From positions 250,604,001-250,668,000 of the forward strand of contig OZ024742.1 in assembly GCA_964016885.1 (NCBI GenBank): 64,000 nt of DNA. The letters run 5' to 3'. A program made the position numbers and the translations under genes. How positions within the stretch are numbered: position 1 is the stretch's first letter; the number at the start of each line of letters is the position of its first letter. Shown here in pieces: positions 46,601 to 59,794 of the stretch. The notes under the pieces are model-generated. The model saw nothing but the letters and a program-made list of their open reading frames with translations. It was not told where the DNA came from and searched no databases. The stretch is from Eledone cirrhosa. Taxonomy: Eukaryota.

Positions 46601-47838
46601 TTAATGATTTTTGAGGGACGTAATAAAGTATTAATTATTTCATTAATGGGATAGTAACTTCACATATAGTTCTTACATAAATTATATTAAAAGATTTTAT
46701 CTTTAAATAGGAACTCTTTAAACTTTGTTTCAAAGAACCAGAACCGGTTTGGGCTGGATTGGTATCAAAAGAATACTCATAACTTCGTAGGTAACCAGAT
46801 CTAGTGGCTCTCAAGATAATTCCAGACAATAATTTCCTTCTACCATCCAATATTGACGTTTTCCCGAATGGTTCCAAACTATAGTTAACGAATCTTTGAT
46901 TGTGTGTGGGTGAGAAAGTGAAGGAATCATAAAGGATAATGTATGAGAGTGGGTAATTATGAATACTGATAGTCATCACCTTATGAAGAATTAGTTCACA
47001 ACACACACAGATACACACCTACACCTATACATACATCTATACATACACACACACAGAGACAGACAGAAAAGCAGTGGTGGATATTACAACATCAATATAT
47101 GTGTCTTTCCACTAACTTTCTAGCTCACATTGTTATAAACATATCACCCCAGACCATACCACAAACAACACACCACACCTAACCTCCACCACTGCCACAC
47201 TAATCCATCCCAGTCGTGTCAACGTCAATAGAGTATTAGTTAAAAGGTTAAATCTAACAGAGACATGTAGTGGGGTGGGTGGGGAGGGGAGTTATATAAT
47301 TGAGTGAGAGAAACCATGAAAAGAGGGTCAGTGAGTGGATGGCAAGGGTTGGTAGAGAGAGAGAGAGAGAGACAGACACAGACAGACAGACAGAGAGATG
47401 TACTCTGAAAGAGTAAAGTTTCTAGTAAAAGGTTGGTAAGGCCTCTAGTGGAAAGCAATCTGCAAATCTGGTTGTTTCAAAGAGGAAAAAAAGGAAAGGG
47501 CTCTTAACCTCTGATAGAGTCGTACAGGCTTTGTCATGACACACGGCTTATCTTTTGCATTTTAAACATGATGGATTCCAACCCTCTCCAGGTCTAAACA
47601 CATCCGATATCTTCGAGAGATAGTGAGACGATAAAGGGAGACAGGGGAAGAATCGATCGAAAAATGAAAGGCAAAGCTGATCTCAGATTTGAAATCATAG
47701 CACGTACAAACACCGTATAACTGCAGAAAGCGAATAAAACTACAGAGGTGCGCACCTTGAATTTAAGAAGAAAATATACAAAGACGCATGCATGTTAAGC
47801 CGGTTTTATAATAAATAAAATCGTTAATTTATATATAA

Positions 47839-48753
47839 CTAGCAGTGTTACCCGGCGTTGCACGGGATAAGGTATTTTGGAGGGCGGGCCGCCAACAGAT
47901 CTAATCGTGGAATGACTGCATGCCTGGACAATATGTAAAGAAAATAAACCGAATACTCTGATGGCTGGATAATCTTTAAGATTTTCCTCGATGAAGCAAG
48001 AAAAATGCAGGTTTTTACCTAATGCGGGCCCTAGGGAATAAAAAAAATGAATTTTTTTTTATGTGCATAATATGCCTTGAAATTTCGGGAAAATCGGCTA
48101 AACGTAACGCCTCCAAAAAGCCCTAAAAAGCTGAAAGAATTAAGTTTTTCACCTAATGCGGCCCCTAAGCCATAAGAAAGTTTGCTCACGGTATGAAGAA
48201 GAGACTGACTAATACATAGTTACAATTTCAAGGAAATCGGTCTGACGTAACGCCCCCAAAAAACCCTAAAAACATGAAAAAACGCAGCTTTTCCCCTAAT
48301 GCGGGCCCTAGGAGATCAAAAAGTTGAATTTTTTATGTGCATAATACTCCCTGAAACATAAGTAATACACATGTAAAGTTTGAAAAAAATCGGTTGGGTA
48401 CTTCTCGAGTTTTAGGGATTCAAACTCACAGACACACACAGAGAGACAGACACCCTCAGGGAAGTGACATAATGCAGACATCCAGACATACAGACAGATA
48501 TTATAAGGGCGCGACGTTATATGTATGTATCTATCTAAAAAGAGAAAGACTAAGAATTATAGAGAGAGATCGCTAAATCGCCTAATGTGGTCCCTAGGGC
48601 ATTGAAAATTTGAAATTTTTTTGGCTCAGAACACTCCCTGAAACAGTGTAAACATGTGTAAAGTTTGAAAAAACTCGGTTGGGTGGTTCTCTAGTTTTAG
48701 GGATTCAAACTCACACACACACAGACAGACATCCTCAGTTTTATATATATAGA
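47839..48753 (-). mobile_element. Non-autonomous Helitron-like element
   Basis: Reverse complement starts TCTATATATATAAAACTGAGGATGTCTGTCTG and ends CCCGTGCAACGCCGGG..CTAG; about 130-bp subrepeats. Confidence 0.85.
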
Positions 48754-49267
48754 CTAGCAGAAAACCACCCAGTGGGCGGTTTTCTGCTAGCAAATCTAGT
48801 GTATATACTGATATTGTTGAGATTTGGATGAGAAATGTTTTCGGCACCACATGTTCACCGTCTCTCGGTGTGTCTTTTATGCATGTATAAATATATATGT
48901 TATCTATACGGTGAAATCTTTGAAATAAATATATGTTAAAACGAAAAAGGAGAAAAAGAGATTAGTGACGGAAATATAAACGTTATGATACATAAACATT
49001 ATGATATAACGATGGAAATATATAAACGTTTACGATAAAACGATGGAAATAGAAACGTTTATATATAATGATAAGCCGAAACACTCGTAAGCCGAAACAC
49101 TCGTAAGTCGAAACACTCGTAAGTCGAAACACTCGTAAAGCGAAACGTATAAATAAATATTAATGTAATGAATTTGAAAAGCATAGAGATTTGTTTCCTT
49201 GGCATTTTTTACAGACGGACAGACAGACAAACAAACAGAGAAATGCCCATTATATATTATAAGTAGA
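48754..49267 (-). mobile_element. Second Helitron-like element directly abutting the first
   Basis: Reverse complement starts TCTACTTATAATATATAATGGGC..(TCTG)n and ends CTAG; contains 16-bp tandem GCCGAAACACTCGTAA at about 49074-49145. Confidence 0.65.
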
Positions 49268-49522
49268 CTTGGCATGGTGTCAAGTCAGAACCGCCTCGAA
49301 CTGGTTACTTCTGGCTTGTGCAAGGTGTCTCTATAGCAACCAGCGATTCCCTCGGCCTCAGTGACCAAAGTCAGTGGAGAGGGGAAGTTAATGTTTCTAT
49401 AGCGACAGTGTTTCTCTTGGTAGTACCAAAGTGGAGAAAGGAAGGGGAAGGTAATAGTTCTGTAGCACCTACATTTGAGTTTTAGGGAAGGACAGACAGA
49501 CAGAGAAATGCCCATATATTTC

Positions 49523-49573
<51 letters not shown>

Positions 49574-49721
49574 CACACACAGAAATGTATATATATTTCT
49601 TAGAACAAAATTATTATTAATGTTTTGCTGTTCATAACAATTGGAATTGAAAAATTACTTTTGAAATTATTAGTTATTTTACTAATGCTTAGATATGTAA
49701 AAATGAAGCAATGTTTCTAAT

Positions 49722-49911
49722 AATTGTTTCTACTTTTGGCACAAGGCCAGCAATTATCCAGTACATTACTGGTACTTTATTTTATCGACCCCGTGAGGAT
49801 GTAAGGCAAAGTTAACCTCGGCGGTATCTGAACTCAGACCGTAAAGGGACGTAACTCCATGCTATGAAGCATGGTGTCCGACTCTCTACAGATTCTGCCA
49901 ATCCACCGCCC
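49722..49911 (-). mobile_element. SINE family A (a further 3' fragment lies at 50191-50280)
   Basis: Reverse complement of family A. Confidence 0.9.
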
Positions 49912-50563
49912 TAATGTCTGTACGTAATGAGGGAGTGAGAGGGGAGAGAAAGAACGGCAGAGGTGAAGTGACTCTCTCCTCCTCCTCCATCTCCCCATTC
50001 GTCACAGCGATAGAGGGGAGGAATGTTAGTGTGTTACAAAGAGAAAGAGTGAGAGTGAGAGAAACAGACAGACTAAAAGAGAGGGATAGCTGGAGAGAGA
50101 GAGATAGCAACCACGCGCGCACGTGTTTCCACTGTCGGACAGACAGACAGAGAAATTGCTGGTTATATATTATAAGGAGATAAATAATATAATTGTTTCT
50201 ACTTTAGGCACAAGGCCAGCAATTACCCAGTGCATTACCGGTACTTTATTTTACCGACCCCGTAAGGATGAAAGGCAAAGGAGATAAATAATATAATATA
50301 AGCTATGCATAAATAGATAGATATTTTTTATTTTAATATATTTATATATAATATGTATCATTTTATTTTTAATATACTATTATATCAGCTCTACCCCCTC
50401 GCCCCCTTAGGCCCCAGTGCCTCTTGGACCTTCTCAACGCCCACAGAGGGAGGGTGGTAGCGCCCACTTTGAGAACTTCTGATCTAAAAGAACGAATATA
50501 CTACAAAAACACAAATAACGAATACAAAACAATTACAAGCATAAAATAACTGAAAATTTAAAC

Positions 50564-50845
50564 CAGTCATGGGCAACCTGCGGCCTGCGAAGCTTTTTGA
50601 ATGGCTCGCCTAAGTCACCTGAGTGAAATCTTTCTGATTTTTTTACCCCAACTTTTCGTCGTAATTCTATCATTTTTACGATCGAGGAAAACAACGTGTA
50701 CGTATTCTGAAAAAACAAATCAAAACAACCTGAGTTACTGCCCTTTTTTTAATGTGGGCACGAATATAAATTAGCGCTTGCGGTCCGCCTGATGATGAGC
50801 CATATCTCATGCGGCCCGCTTCTCGAAAGAGGTTGCCCATGCCTG
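50564..50845. mobile_element. hAT (Charlie-like) MITE
   Basis: TIRs CAGTCATGGGCAACC / GGTTGCCCATGCCTG; 8-bp TSD ATTTAAAC / GTTTAAAC. Confidence 0.85.
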
Positions 50846-50859
50846 GTTTAAACCATGAA

Positions 50860-53735
50860 GATAGAACGAACATAGCCAAACACAACAAACGCCAACCCTG
50901 AAAGACGTACTGACCAACAAAAACCGATATTGAACAGCAGAGCCAAAAATACAAATGAAATGAAATATGAAGAGGATGTAGGTAAAAGAAACCCTAAAAA
51001 AAGAATTCAGGATGATGACAGAATAAAGATGGAAATAATCCAAGAACTCCAAACAATAGATCTCCCAATGGTCGAAAGCATATACCCCCCCCCCCACACA
51101 CACACACACCAAAGAGAAAATTCAATGGTGAAATAGCAACAGTTTATATAAGCGCTAACCTGGCCATCATAGACTTAATTAACACAAACAGAAACAAGAG
51201 TATCACAAGGCTAAATAATATAATATATGCATCAGCTACTGCTCTTACAAAAGAAATAGCAAAATCCACAAAAACATGAAAATCAAAAATACAAAAAAAA
51301 AGTGAGAATAGAAGAGGAGACTTCTTAATATTAAATAAAATGGGAAAGAAAACAATACAATTAGGAAAACAGGAAAATAAAAATATTACAGAAATATATA
51401 ACACAAAAGCGATCACTGAAATTAAAGAATGCCTAAAACAACAACTACTTGCAAAGGCATAAAGGATACGAAGATAAGAAAAAACGCCTAAGATTTTTTT
51501 CAACAAAACCAGCAATTTCACTCCAGCCCCAAAACGATTTTACCAGGAACTTAGCAAAGGCAAAATAGAGGTAAATGTAACACCAAAAGGTAAAAGACGT
51601 GAAGAGTCATGTGGAGCTATGTGGACAGCAGGGGAATCACCAGGCTCGGAACTAATTAGAACAAGCACAACCCCTGAACAAGAACGGGAAGACATCAAAA
51701 CCGAGCAAGTGTCTAACACATTGAAAAAAAGCAATCAACTGAAAGGCACCAAGACATGATAAGATCCCAAACTTCTCGTTAAACTGGGACACATGGTGTC
51801 CTTGCAAAAATGCTTAATGAGATACTGACGAAGCTAGAAAAGACAACTGACTAGCTTAGTAAGGGGAACCCCCCAACCTGATCTCCAAGTATAATGACAA
51901 TCAAAACCCGTAAAACTACAGGCTCGTAACATACTATCCTGCAAAAAAAAAAATGTGTCAAAGAAACTCTGAAGAAAGAAAAACTAGTGAAAAATGTTAG
52001 ATAAAGAAACTGAGATAAGACAATTAGATCAAACACAGACATACAAATACTTAGGAATCAATGAACTAGACGGGGTTCAAAGCACACAAATGAAAGAAAA
52101 TATTAGACACTATAGATAGATTAGATTACTATTTAAGACAGAACTAAAGGCAAAGAATAAGATAATAGACATCAATATTCTAGCCATCTCACTATTAAGC
52201 TACAGTTTTAACATTCTGAACTAAAAGAACTAGCAGAACAAGACAGAAAAATAATGACTGCATTTAGAATATCTATCTATCTATCTAGGGCGGGTAAAAT
52301 TCCCGAGATCCATGGACCAGTTCTCTTCAGCGGTCTCTGTCCCTCATTATCGCTGCCATGTCCTGCGTCTCCAACAGACCAGTGGCTGTCCTTAGGGCAT
52401 CAACATACGTTAACCTTGGTCTTCCTCTTCCAGTGTGTCCATGCAAGGGCTACCACAGGAGCACTGAGTGTAGTGTCAACTCTGGATGTCGGTGAGCATG
52501 TCCAGCTAACCTCAGTCTCCTCTGTGTCACTTTTGAGCTGACTTAAACTACATCCAGTGGCAAGGCTCCAGTTCGTGAGTTCAGGAGCTGTGGGGAATGT
52601 GGAGTTACCCCTTAGTTGTCATAACTCCCAGGTCTGCTCTGGCCCGGAGTAGTAGTACCTTATTCGAGTGGACCCGGTAAGGTATTGTCAGTCATTGAAA
52701 AGAAATATTTAGAATATACGACCCCAAATCCGAAAGATTATACCTACCACGAGGGGGAAGGGAGTTTATGTAACAAGAAAACTATTATAAAATAATCATA
52801 CGAGGACTACAAAAATATTTAATGAAGAAAGATGGAAAGATATTACAAATAGCCATGAAACATCAACAAAACAAAAAAATGTTTTCTGTTTTCAAGGACA
52901 CCAACACATTCAAAACAGAAGATAAATTGACAGATAACTATGAGGAAATGAAAACACAGAAGACAGAGAAACTGCGAAAAAAAGATAAGATCTAAATTGA
53001 AAACAGATCTCCAGACTGCTATGCTAAAGCAATGACAAGAAAAACCCCTACATGGCCAATACCCGACAAAACTAAATAGGAAGGGAGTGGACAAAAAAAT
53101 TCCCAAAAGTGGTTAAGAAACACTGAACTAAATCCGAGACTTGCAACACAAGATCAAAGCACCCCAACCAGAAATCATCAGAAGTGCATAATGAAGCAGA
53201 ACACAACTGCAGAATATGTGATGGTGCCGAAGAAACTATTAACAACATAGTCTCTGGCTGCCCAGTCTTAACCAAAGAAAGAATGTCTACAGACATAATA
53301 GAGTTGCGATTTACATTCACTGAAAGTTATTCCACGCTATGAAATACCAACAACAACAAAAGTTTGTACAACTACATATCAGAAAAGGCGTCAGAGAATG
53401 ATAAAGCAACCATATTCTGGAGATGCCAATACACACAGAGAAGGAGATCAAAACCAATAAACCAGATATAGTCAAAGATAAAAAAGGAAAAAAAATGTCT
53501 TCTAATTGATATATCTATCCCCACAGACGATAATATATATATCAAGGAAATGGAGAAATTAACCAAATAAAAAGATATGCAGATAGAAATAACCTGAATG
53601 TGGATGATGAAAACAGACGCAATCCCTATAACAGACGGATACATAACGAAAACCCCAGGACTCACAGATATATACGACATACAGAAAATGGCACTTCTAG
53701 GCACAGCACTGATTTTGAAGAGTACTGTCAATATA
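50860..53735 (+). pseudogene. Degenerate R4/Dong-like RLE non-LTR retrotransposon
   Basis: YKYLGI, RLYLPRGGRG, CRIC..AEETIN.IVSGC zinc knuckle, NKPDIV...CLLIDISIP.D RLE motif; many stops. Confidence 0.8.
52273..52706. mobile_element. Unclassified insertion in the R4-like element
   Basis: 11-bp TSD ATTTAGAATAT at 52262-52272 and 52707-52717; (CTAT)n at the left end suggests a minus-strand retroposon tail. Confidence 0.7.
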
Positions 53736-54236
53736 ATAGAAATTACAACACAAAAGAGTTGTGCTCGGTAATGCAATGATGATACGCAATAAAAAAAAAT
53801 TTATGATTTCTAAATTAGGCACAAGGCTAGCATACAGTGGTATTTCATATACACACGCACATATATATACATATATACACACGTATATATAAATATATCT
53901 ACACACGTATATATATATATATATTCGCACACGTAAATAAATGTGTGTGTACGAAGGATTGGAGGTATATTCCTCATAGTGTTTTACCAGTTTCATCTCG
54001 CTATCATCAGTCCCCACCACAGCCACCACACTCTGTGAGAAGAAAAGATGGAAGAGGTGGGGAGGAGGAGAAGACAATATATTACATAAATAACAAAGAA
54101 CTATCTGAAGAGATGTAGATGTAGATTGGAAGCTGAGTGGTGTCAATGTCGTTCTCTCAGATATATTAATAACAATGTTGGATCAAGATAAACGTGCGTA
54201 CGTAATCTGGAAGATATATATGCCTTTTCTCTGTCT

Positions 54237-54292
<56 letters not shown>

Positions 54293-54419
54293 CAGTGGAA
54301 GTAGAAGTTACTGTACTCTCAATAATACACCCACTCTGCATCATACCATGTATCGAGTACGTCTTTGATGTGTGGTCTTCCATTCCCAGTACTGCAAATT
54401 ATTAATATATATTCACATA

Positions 54420-54688
54420 AGTGGTAAGGGTGTTGGACTTACGATCATAATGTCGTGGATTCGATTCCTGGGTTACGTGTTGTGTTCTTGAGCAAAACAC
54501 TTCATTTCAGGTTGCTCCAGTATACTCAGCTGAAAATGAGTACCACCAATAGCTGGGGGTTTAACCTAGTGATGGACTGGCGTCCTGTCCAGGAAGAAGT
54601 CTTATACTCTCAGTCGCTTTACTCCATGAAACCGGGATAAGCACCGGCCAAATGAGCCTTCTGGCTTAAGATAGACTTTAGACTTTTA
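54420..54688 (+). mobile_element. SINE family B (tRNA head, V-domain-like block), full length
   Basis: TTCGATTCC B-box, TGTGTTCTTGAGCAAAACACTT, GATGGACTGGCGTCCTGTCCAGG, (AGACTTT) tail. Confidence 0.85.
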
Positions 54689-54958
54689 TATATATATATA
54701 TATATATATACGGATAGATGGTGGCGTGACTTCCGGGGGAGTTGTAGGGAAACCGTATTGACATACGGCGTTTCTAGGGCATTTTTAAACCTGGCTGAGC
54801 CCATCTCCTCTCCATAGAAAATGATAGAATAGAAGTAAGAAAGACCCTAATCTGCATTCCGAGTGATTTTACGGCTGACTTTGCCGAAAATTAAAAACAA
54901 GATGTGTTTTCGCTCTAACATAGCTGATACGTAAATGTATTGGTGAGTGAATAATAAT

Positions 54959-55183
54959 GGTTTCTTATATAGGCACAAGGCCAGCAATTTTGGAGGGGAG
55001 GGGAAAGTCGATTAAATCGAACCCAGTGCGTAACTGGTACTTTATTTTATCGACCCCGTAAGTAATGATGAAAGGCAAAGTTAACCTCGGCGGGATTTGA
55101 ACTCAGATCATAATGGGCCGCAATTCTATGCTGCAAAGCATGGTGTCCGACCCTCTACCGATACTGCCAATCCACTGCCCTTC
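54959..55183 (-). mobile_element. SINE family A, full length, inserted in the fold-back
   Basis: 16-bp TSD GTGAGTGAATAATAAT at 54943-54958 and 55184-55199. Confidence 0.92.
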
Positions 55184-55282
55184 GTGAGTGAATAATAATA
55201 ATACTATGATAATATTATTAATATTCGATGCCATGTGTTTTCTAGATGACTAACGTCATTCTTTTGTTTAGCTGAGAGAAAA

Positions 55283-55327
55283 ACAATCTACAATTGTTTC
55301 GGGGTTATTGACCCTTATCAAGATTGT
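55283..55327 (-). ncRNA. Type-I hammerhead ribozyme, U3-A8 variant
   Basis: ACAATC-TTGATAA-GGGT CAATA ACCC C-GAAA-CAATTG-TA-GATTGT. Confidence 0.7.
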
Positions 55328-55519
55328 GTATTTCTTTATGTTCTGCTAAACACTATTAATTTAGATAATACTATATATTCTCAAGAATTCCAATGTTATT
55401 ACGATATTAGTATCATTCATTCACTAATATATTTACGTATCTACTATGTTAGAGCGAAAACAAATTTTGTTTCTAGTTTTCGGCAAAGACAGCCGTAAAA
55501 TCGCTTGGTATGGAAATTC

Positions 55520-56030
55520 GGCTAATCAGCCTTCTGCCTTCCATCACTGGACCCCGAGATATTTGAACTCCTCCATCTGCTTCAGTGGAACTCCATTCAC
55601 ATGTAGAGTGCACTGCACAGGCTTCCTTGAGAAGACAAGTCTCCCAGTTTTCGCAGTACTGAAACACTCGGTATCAAACCTATCATGTGTAAATCGGGGA
55701 TCATGTCTGTCGAGTTAAGTAACACCATGTCGTATGCAAACGCAAGCCAACTGATTTTACACCCGCCAGTTTTGATACACCTTCTAACACAGCTGCGCCT
55801 GTCAATCTTGTCCATGAAGATTATGTACAGGAGAGGTGAAAATACACACCCTTGGCGGAGTCGGACTCCCACGTTGAATGGTTACGATTTAGCACCATTT
55901 AGCTGAACACAAATACTCGGGCATTTGTATAGACATAAAGGCAACGAGAAGCTAACCATCGAACCTTTACTCCTGCAGAACTTTCTACAGCCGGTCCCGA
56001 AGAACGCGGCCATATGCCTTTTCGAGATCA
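55520..56030 (-). pseudogene. RTE (Expander-like) LINE RT fragment
   Basis: GVRLRQGCVFSPLLYIIFMD and LAFAYDMVLL. Confidence 0.85.
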
Positions 56031-56400
56031 TATATCCTGGTGGGAGACTTCAATGTACATGTTGGCACGGACCACCTGACATGGAACGAATGGAAAGGCC
56101 TTATTAGACTTCTCTTCTATTATGAATACCTTTCGGCATAGAGACATTCATAAATATACATGGTTTAAGGGGAATCAGAGACAGAGATTAATAATTGATT
56201 TTGTTATTGTCTCTGGTCCCTTCGATTCTGTGGTGGATGTTCGTGTTAAGAGACGGACTGAGCTGTTAACTGATCACCATCTAGTTATCTCCTTGAGACT
56301 ACCTAAAGCCAAAGAAGACCACAAAACTGGCAGTTGCAGGATAAAGTGGGAAGTGTTGGTGGATAATGAAGTCAGGACCAGGTATGCAGATTATCCGGAC
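56030..56400 (+). pseudogene. LINE APE endonuclease fragment
   Basis: NTFRHRDIHKYTW, IDFVIVS, TDHHLV. Confidence 0.85.
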
Positions 56401-58253
56401 TGCTATTTGGAATTGTGCTTTATTATTCTAGTCCGAAAAATGCATAAATAGGTAACTATATAGTGACAGGCAGACTGAGTAGGGGATGGAGATAGTGATA
56501 GATAAAATACCAGAAAGATATACACGTGTAGATACATAATTCAAGAAATGACAAGACAAACACGGAGATGCAAAAACACAATGTTTTATCAGTATCACGC
56601 TTAGGAGAAAGTAGAAGGGGGTTAGAGGCTGGCAGACAGACAGACAGAGACAAACAGATAGGTAAGTACATTAGATAGACATTTTATTACAAATAGTGTG
56701 TGTATGCGTGAGTTAGATTGTTGGTCTCACGATCGGAAGTTCGTGAGTTCGAGACACTAACCTACTAACCTGAGTTAAGAATAAGTGAGAGAAAATAGAA
56801 TAATTTATGAATGAAACTTAAATTTTCGACATTATTAACCCGTTGGAGCAGCTGGGAAATTCATAGTTAAGTGAGATGATGATGTATTTGATGAGAGAGG
56901 GTGGTTAGCTGGTTGATTTGTTGGTTGATTGGCTGGTTGGTTGGATGACTGGCTGCTTTGTTTGTTTGTTGGTTGGATGGTTGATTTGTTGGGTGGTTGG
57001 TTAGTTGGTAGCCCAGCTCCAGTAACATTGCTGTGGTATTAGTGAACCTTACAAAATAACCACTGACAGGCTGCTGCTGTGGTTGCTGCGGCTGTGTAAG
57101 GACAAGTAGTAGTAGTAGGAGGAGGAGGGGGAGAAGGAGATGTCGGAGGGGAGGTGGAACAGCTTTGAACGGATTGAAAGACAATTATTGATAGTTCCTT
57201 TTACTTGTACTACAAAAGGCAAGCCATAACATAGTCTAATGTTTCCCCAACTACTCTAGGCCTCTTCCTCTTTTTACATCCACCTCCTGTTTGTCTTCGC
57301 TGGACACATGGCCCCTTTTCAAGCTGAAAAGAAGCCCTTTCATTAATGTGAATAGATCCCCTTTTATCATTGATGTCACAGGGCAAGAAAGGAGGGAACA
57401 TCTGGAGTGTAGACAATTTAGAGTGGACAGCTGATGTCCTCTCTACGTAAGTTGTTGTCCTCGCCCCTCACCATCATTTAACTATAAAGGAATCAGGGGC
57501 TGCGATAACAAAATGTTTAGAGTTAGAGAAATAAAAGGGGGTAAGATGAGAGTAAAAACCTGCTGCTAGGGGCTTCTTATACTCTCCCTTTGCTTAATAC
57601 CCCAGCTTTTTATTTTTACATTCATTTATCAAATGGGGTCTTCCTACACTCACTATAATTTTTTATTTATTAAACATTGTATAAAATGATGAAAAAGGTA
57701 AATGTCTTCTAATGTTGTGGGGGAGGGGGAGGGCTGTGAAGGTATGACGAGGGAGGGGGTATAAGGGGTTAGTAGCTGTAAGAGGAAGAGGGCTAGCATC
57801 AAAACAGACCTTTACAAAGATGAGGCTGGTGTTGTTTTGGTCTTTATTACAATAGACAGACTGGCTGTTGGGATGAGGAGAGGGGTAGATATGTGTCTTG
57901 GGTGGAGAGGGAGTAGTGGTCAGGTGGGGTAGGTGTAGGGTGCAGTGGAAAGGTAGTTGTAAGGGAATGTGGAGGTGGAAGGTGTTTGGACTGGTGGTAG
58001 TGATGGTGGTACAGCAGCCATATCTGCGCGCGCGCATGTATGTTGGATCCCCGTTGGTACCCACGAGGAGTGTCCCAGTTTCACGAACAGAATAGCCTAC
58101 TCCTGAAAATTAATATATGCAAATGGTTGAAGATTCCACAACACGTGTACCCTAAACATAGTTCTAAGGGAGATTCAGCGTGACATAGTATGTAACAAGG
58201 CTGGCTCTTTGGATTATATATATATATCACGTTAAGTTTCTGGAGCTGGTTTT

Positions 58254-58398
58254 TGTAGTAAAAACTTGGTAAAAATATCCAAGGGGTCAGAGCACACAGT
58301 TCGTGGGACGAATTATGATTTAAAATAACTGTATCATATCTCGTCCCACGGACTAAGTGCTCTGAACACTTGTATATTTTTACCAAGGTTTTACTACT
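58254..58398. repeat. Imperfect palindrome of about 145 bp
   Basis: GTAGTAAAAACTTGGTAAAAATAT...ATATTTTTACCAAGGTTTTACTAC. Confidence 0.75.
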
Positions 58399-58507
58399 AT
58401 CTGTATATATATATACTAATTTAAGGTATCACAACATATATATATATATAAATAGATAAATAGACCTATTAGTTAAACCATCCAATATAAATGTTATATA
58501 CATACAC

Positions 58508-58539
<32 letters not shown>

Positions 58540-58668
58540 TGTGTGTGTAGGATTCCGATGTAAATCGGGAGGTGACCACTGTCAAAAAGGGTACTAAATA
58601 AGTTAGTAGAGTATAGGTATTTCTTACGAATGAAACATTTCCAGGCCTGTAGAAGTCATATATATACA

Positions 58669-58729
<61 letters not shown>

Positions 58730-58900
58730 AATTGTGTATAATGGTAGCTATGGTGCTTCCATAGGCGGTATGCCAAAATTAGCACTCAATATTCAACAGA
58801 GTAGAGTGTGGGTAGTATTGTAGATACTATATATATATAAACGGAAAAAATGAAACGAAATTTCATTTCCCACTCTTAGTACGGCTGTTACTTAAATATA

Positions 58901-59379
58901 AGTATGTATACGTACATACATATATGTATACAGACGTACAGTAGTATGTATATATATATACATACATGCACACATATATATATGTACGTATGGATTCACC
59001 AAACATTTATTATAATGCTCGGTGTGTTTGTAAACAAACATCCCGTATTAAACCGTAGTGTCGAGCAACCATCGTTGCTCGTTTGTTCAACACTGACAAA
59101 GGAACGCTGTACTAGTTTCAAGCTTATTAGCTATCGATAGCTGACGATAGCTAATAAGCTTGAAACTAGTACAGCGTTCCTTTGTCAGTGTTGAACAAAC
59201 GAGCAACGATGGTTGCTAGACACTACGGTTTAATACGGGATGTTTGTTTACAAACACACCGAGCATTATAATAAATGTTTGGTGAATCCATACGTACATA
59301 TATATATATGTGCATGTATGTATATATATATACATACTACTGTACATCTGTATACATATATGTATGTACGTGTACATAC

Positions 59380-59380
<1 letters not shown>
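58901..59380. mobile_element. Fold-back element (about 235-bp arms) with hammerhead core at the centre
   Basis: Near-perfect arms; CTGACGA-TAGC TAATAA GCTT-GAAA-CTAG-TA at 59141-59171. Confidence 0.8.
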
Positions 59381-59465
<85 letters not shown>

Positions 59466-59679
59466 TACGTACATACACACACAGATATGTACATGTAAGT
59501 TTGGGTTTATCAAATAATAATAATAATATACTATACTGTGCCTTGATGATCAAACATCATCCGTTTGTTCAGCAGTAGCATCGAGGAACAATCAATATGT
59601 CTCTGGGTCATATGTATGTGTACGTATGCATACTTACATTCACGTAGTATGCTATGCTAAAATGAAATTCTAATTTGTC

Positions 59680-59769
<90 letters not shown>

Positions 59770-59794
59770 TGGTTACACAACAGTTAGTTCATAC

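Larger units (their letters stand above)
54855..55512. mobile_element. Imperfect fold-back element with hammerhead at its apex
   Basis: 54855-54955 is the reverse complement of about 55410-55512; HHR at 55283-55327 (-). Confidence 0.7.
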
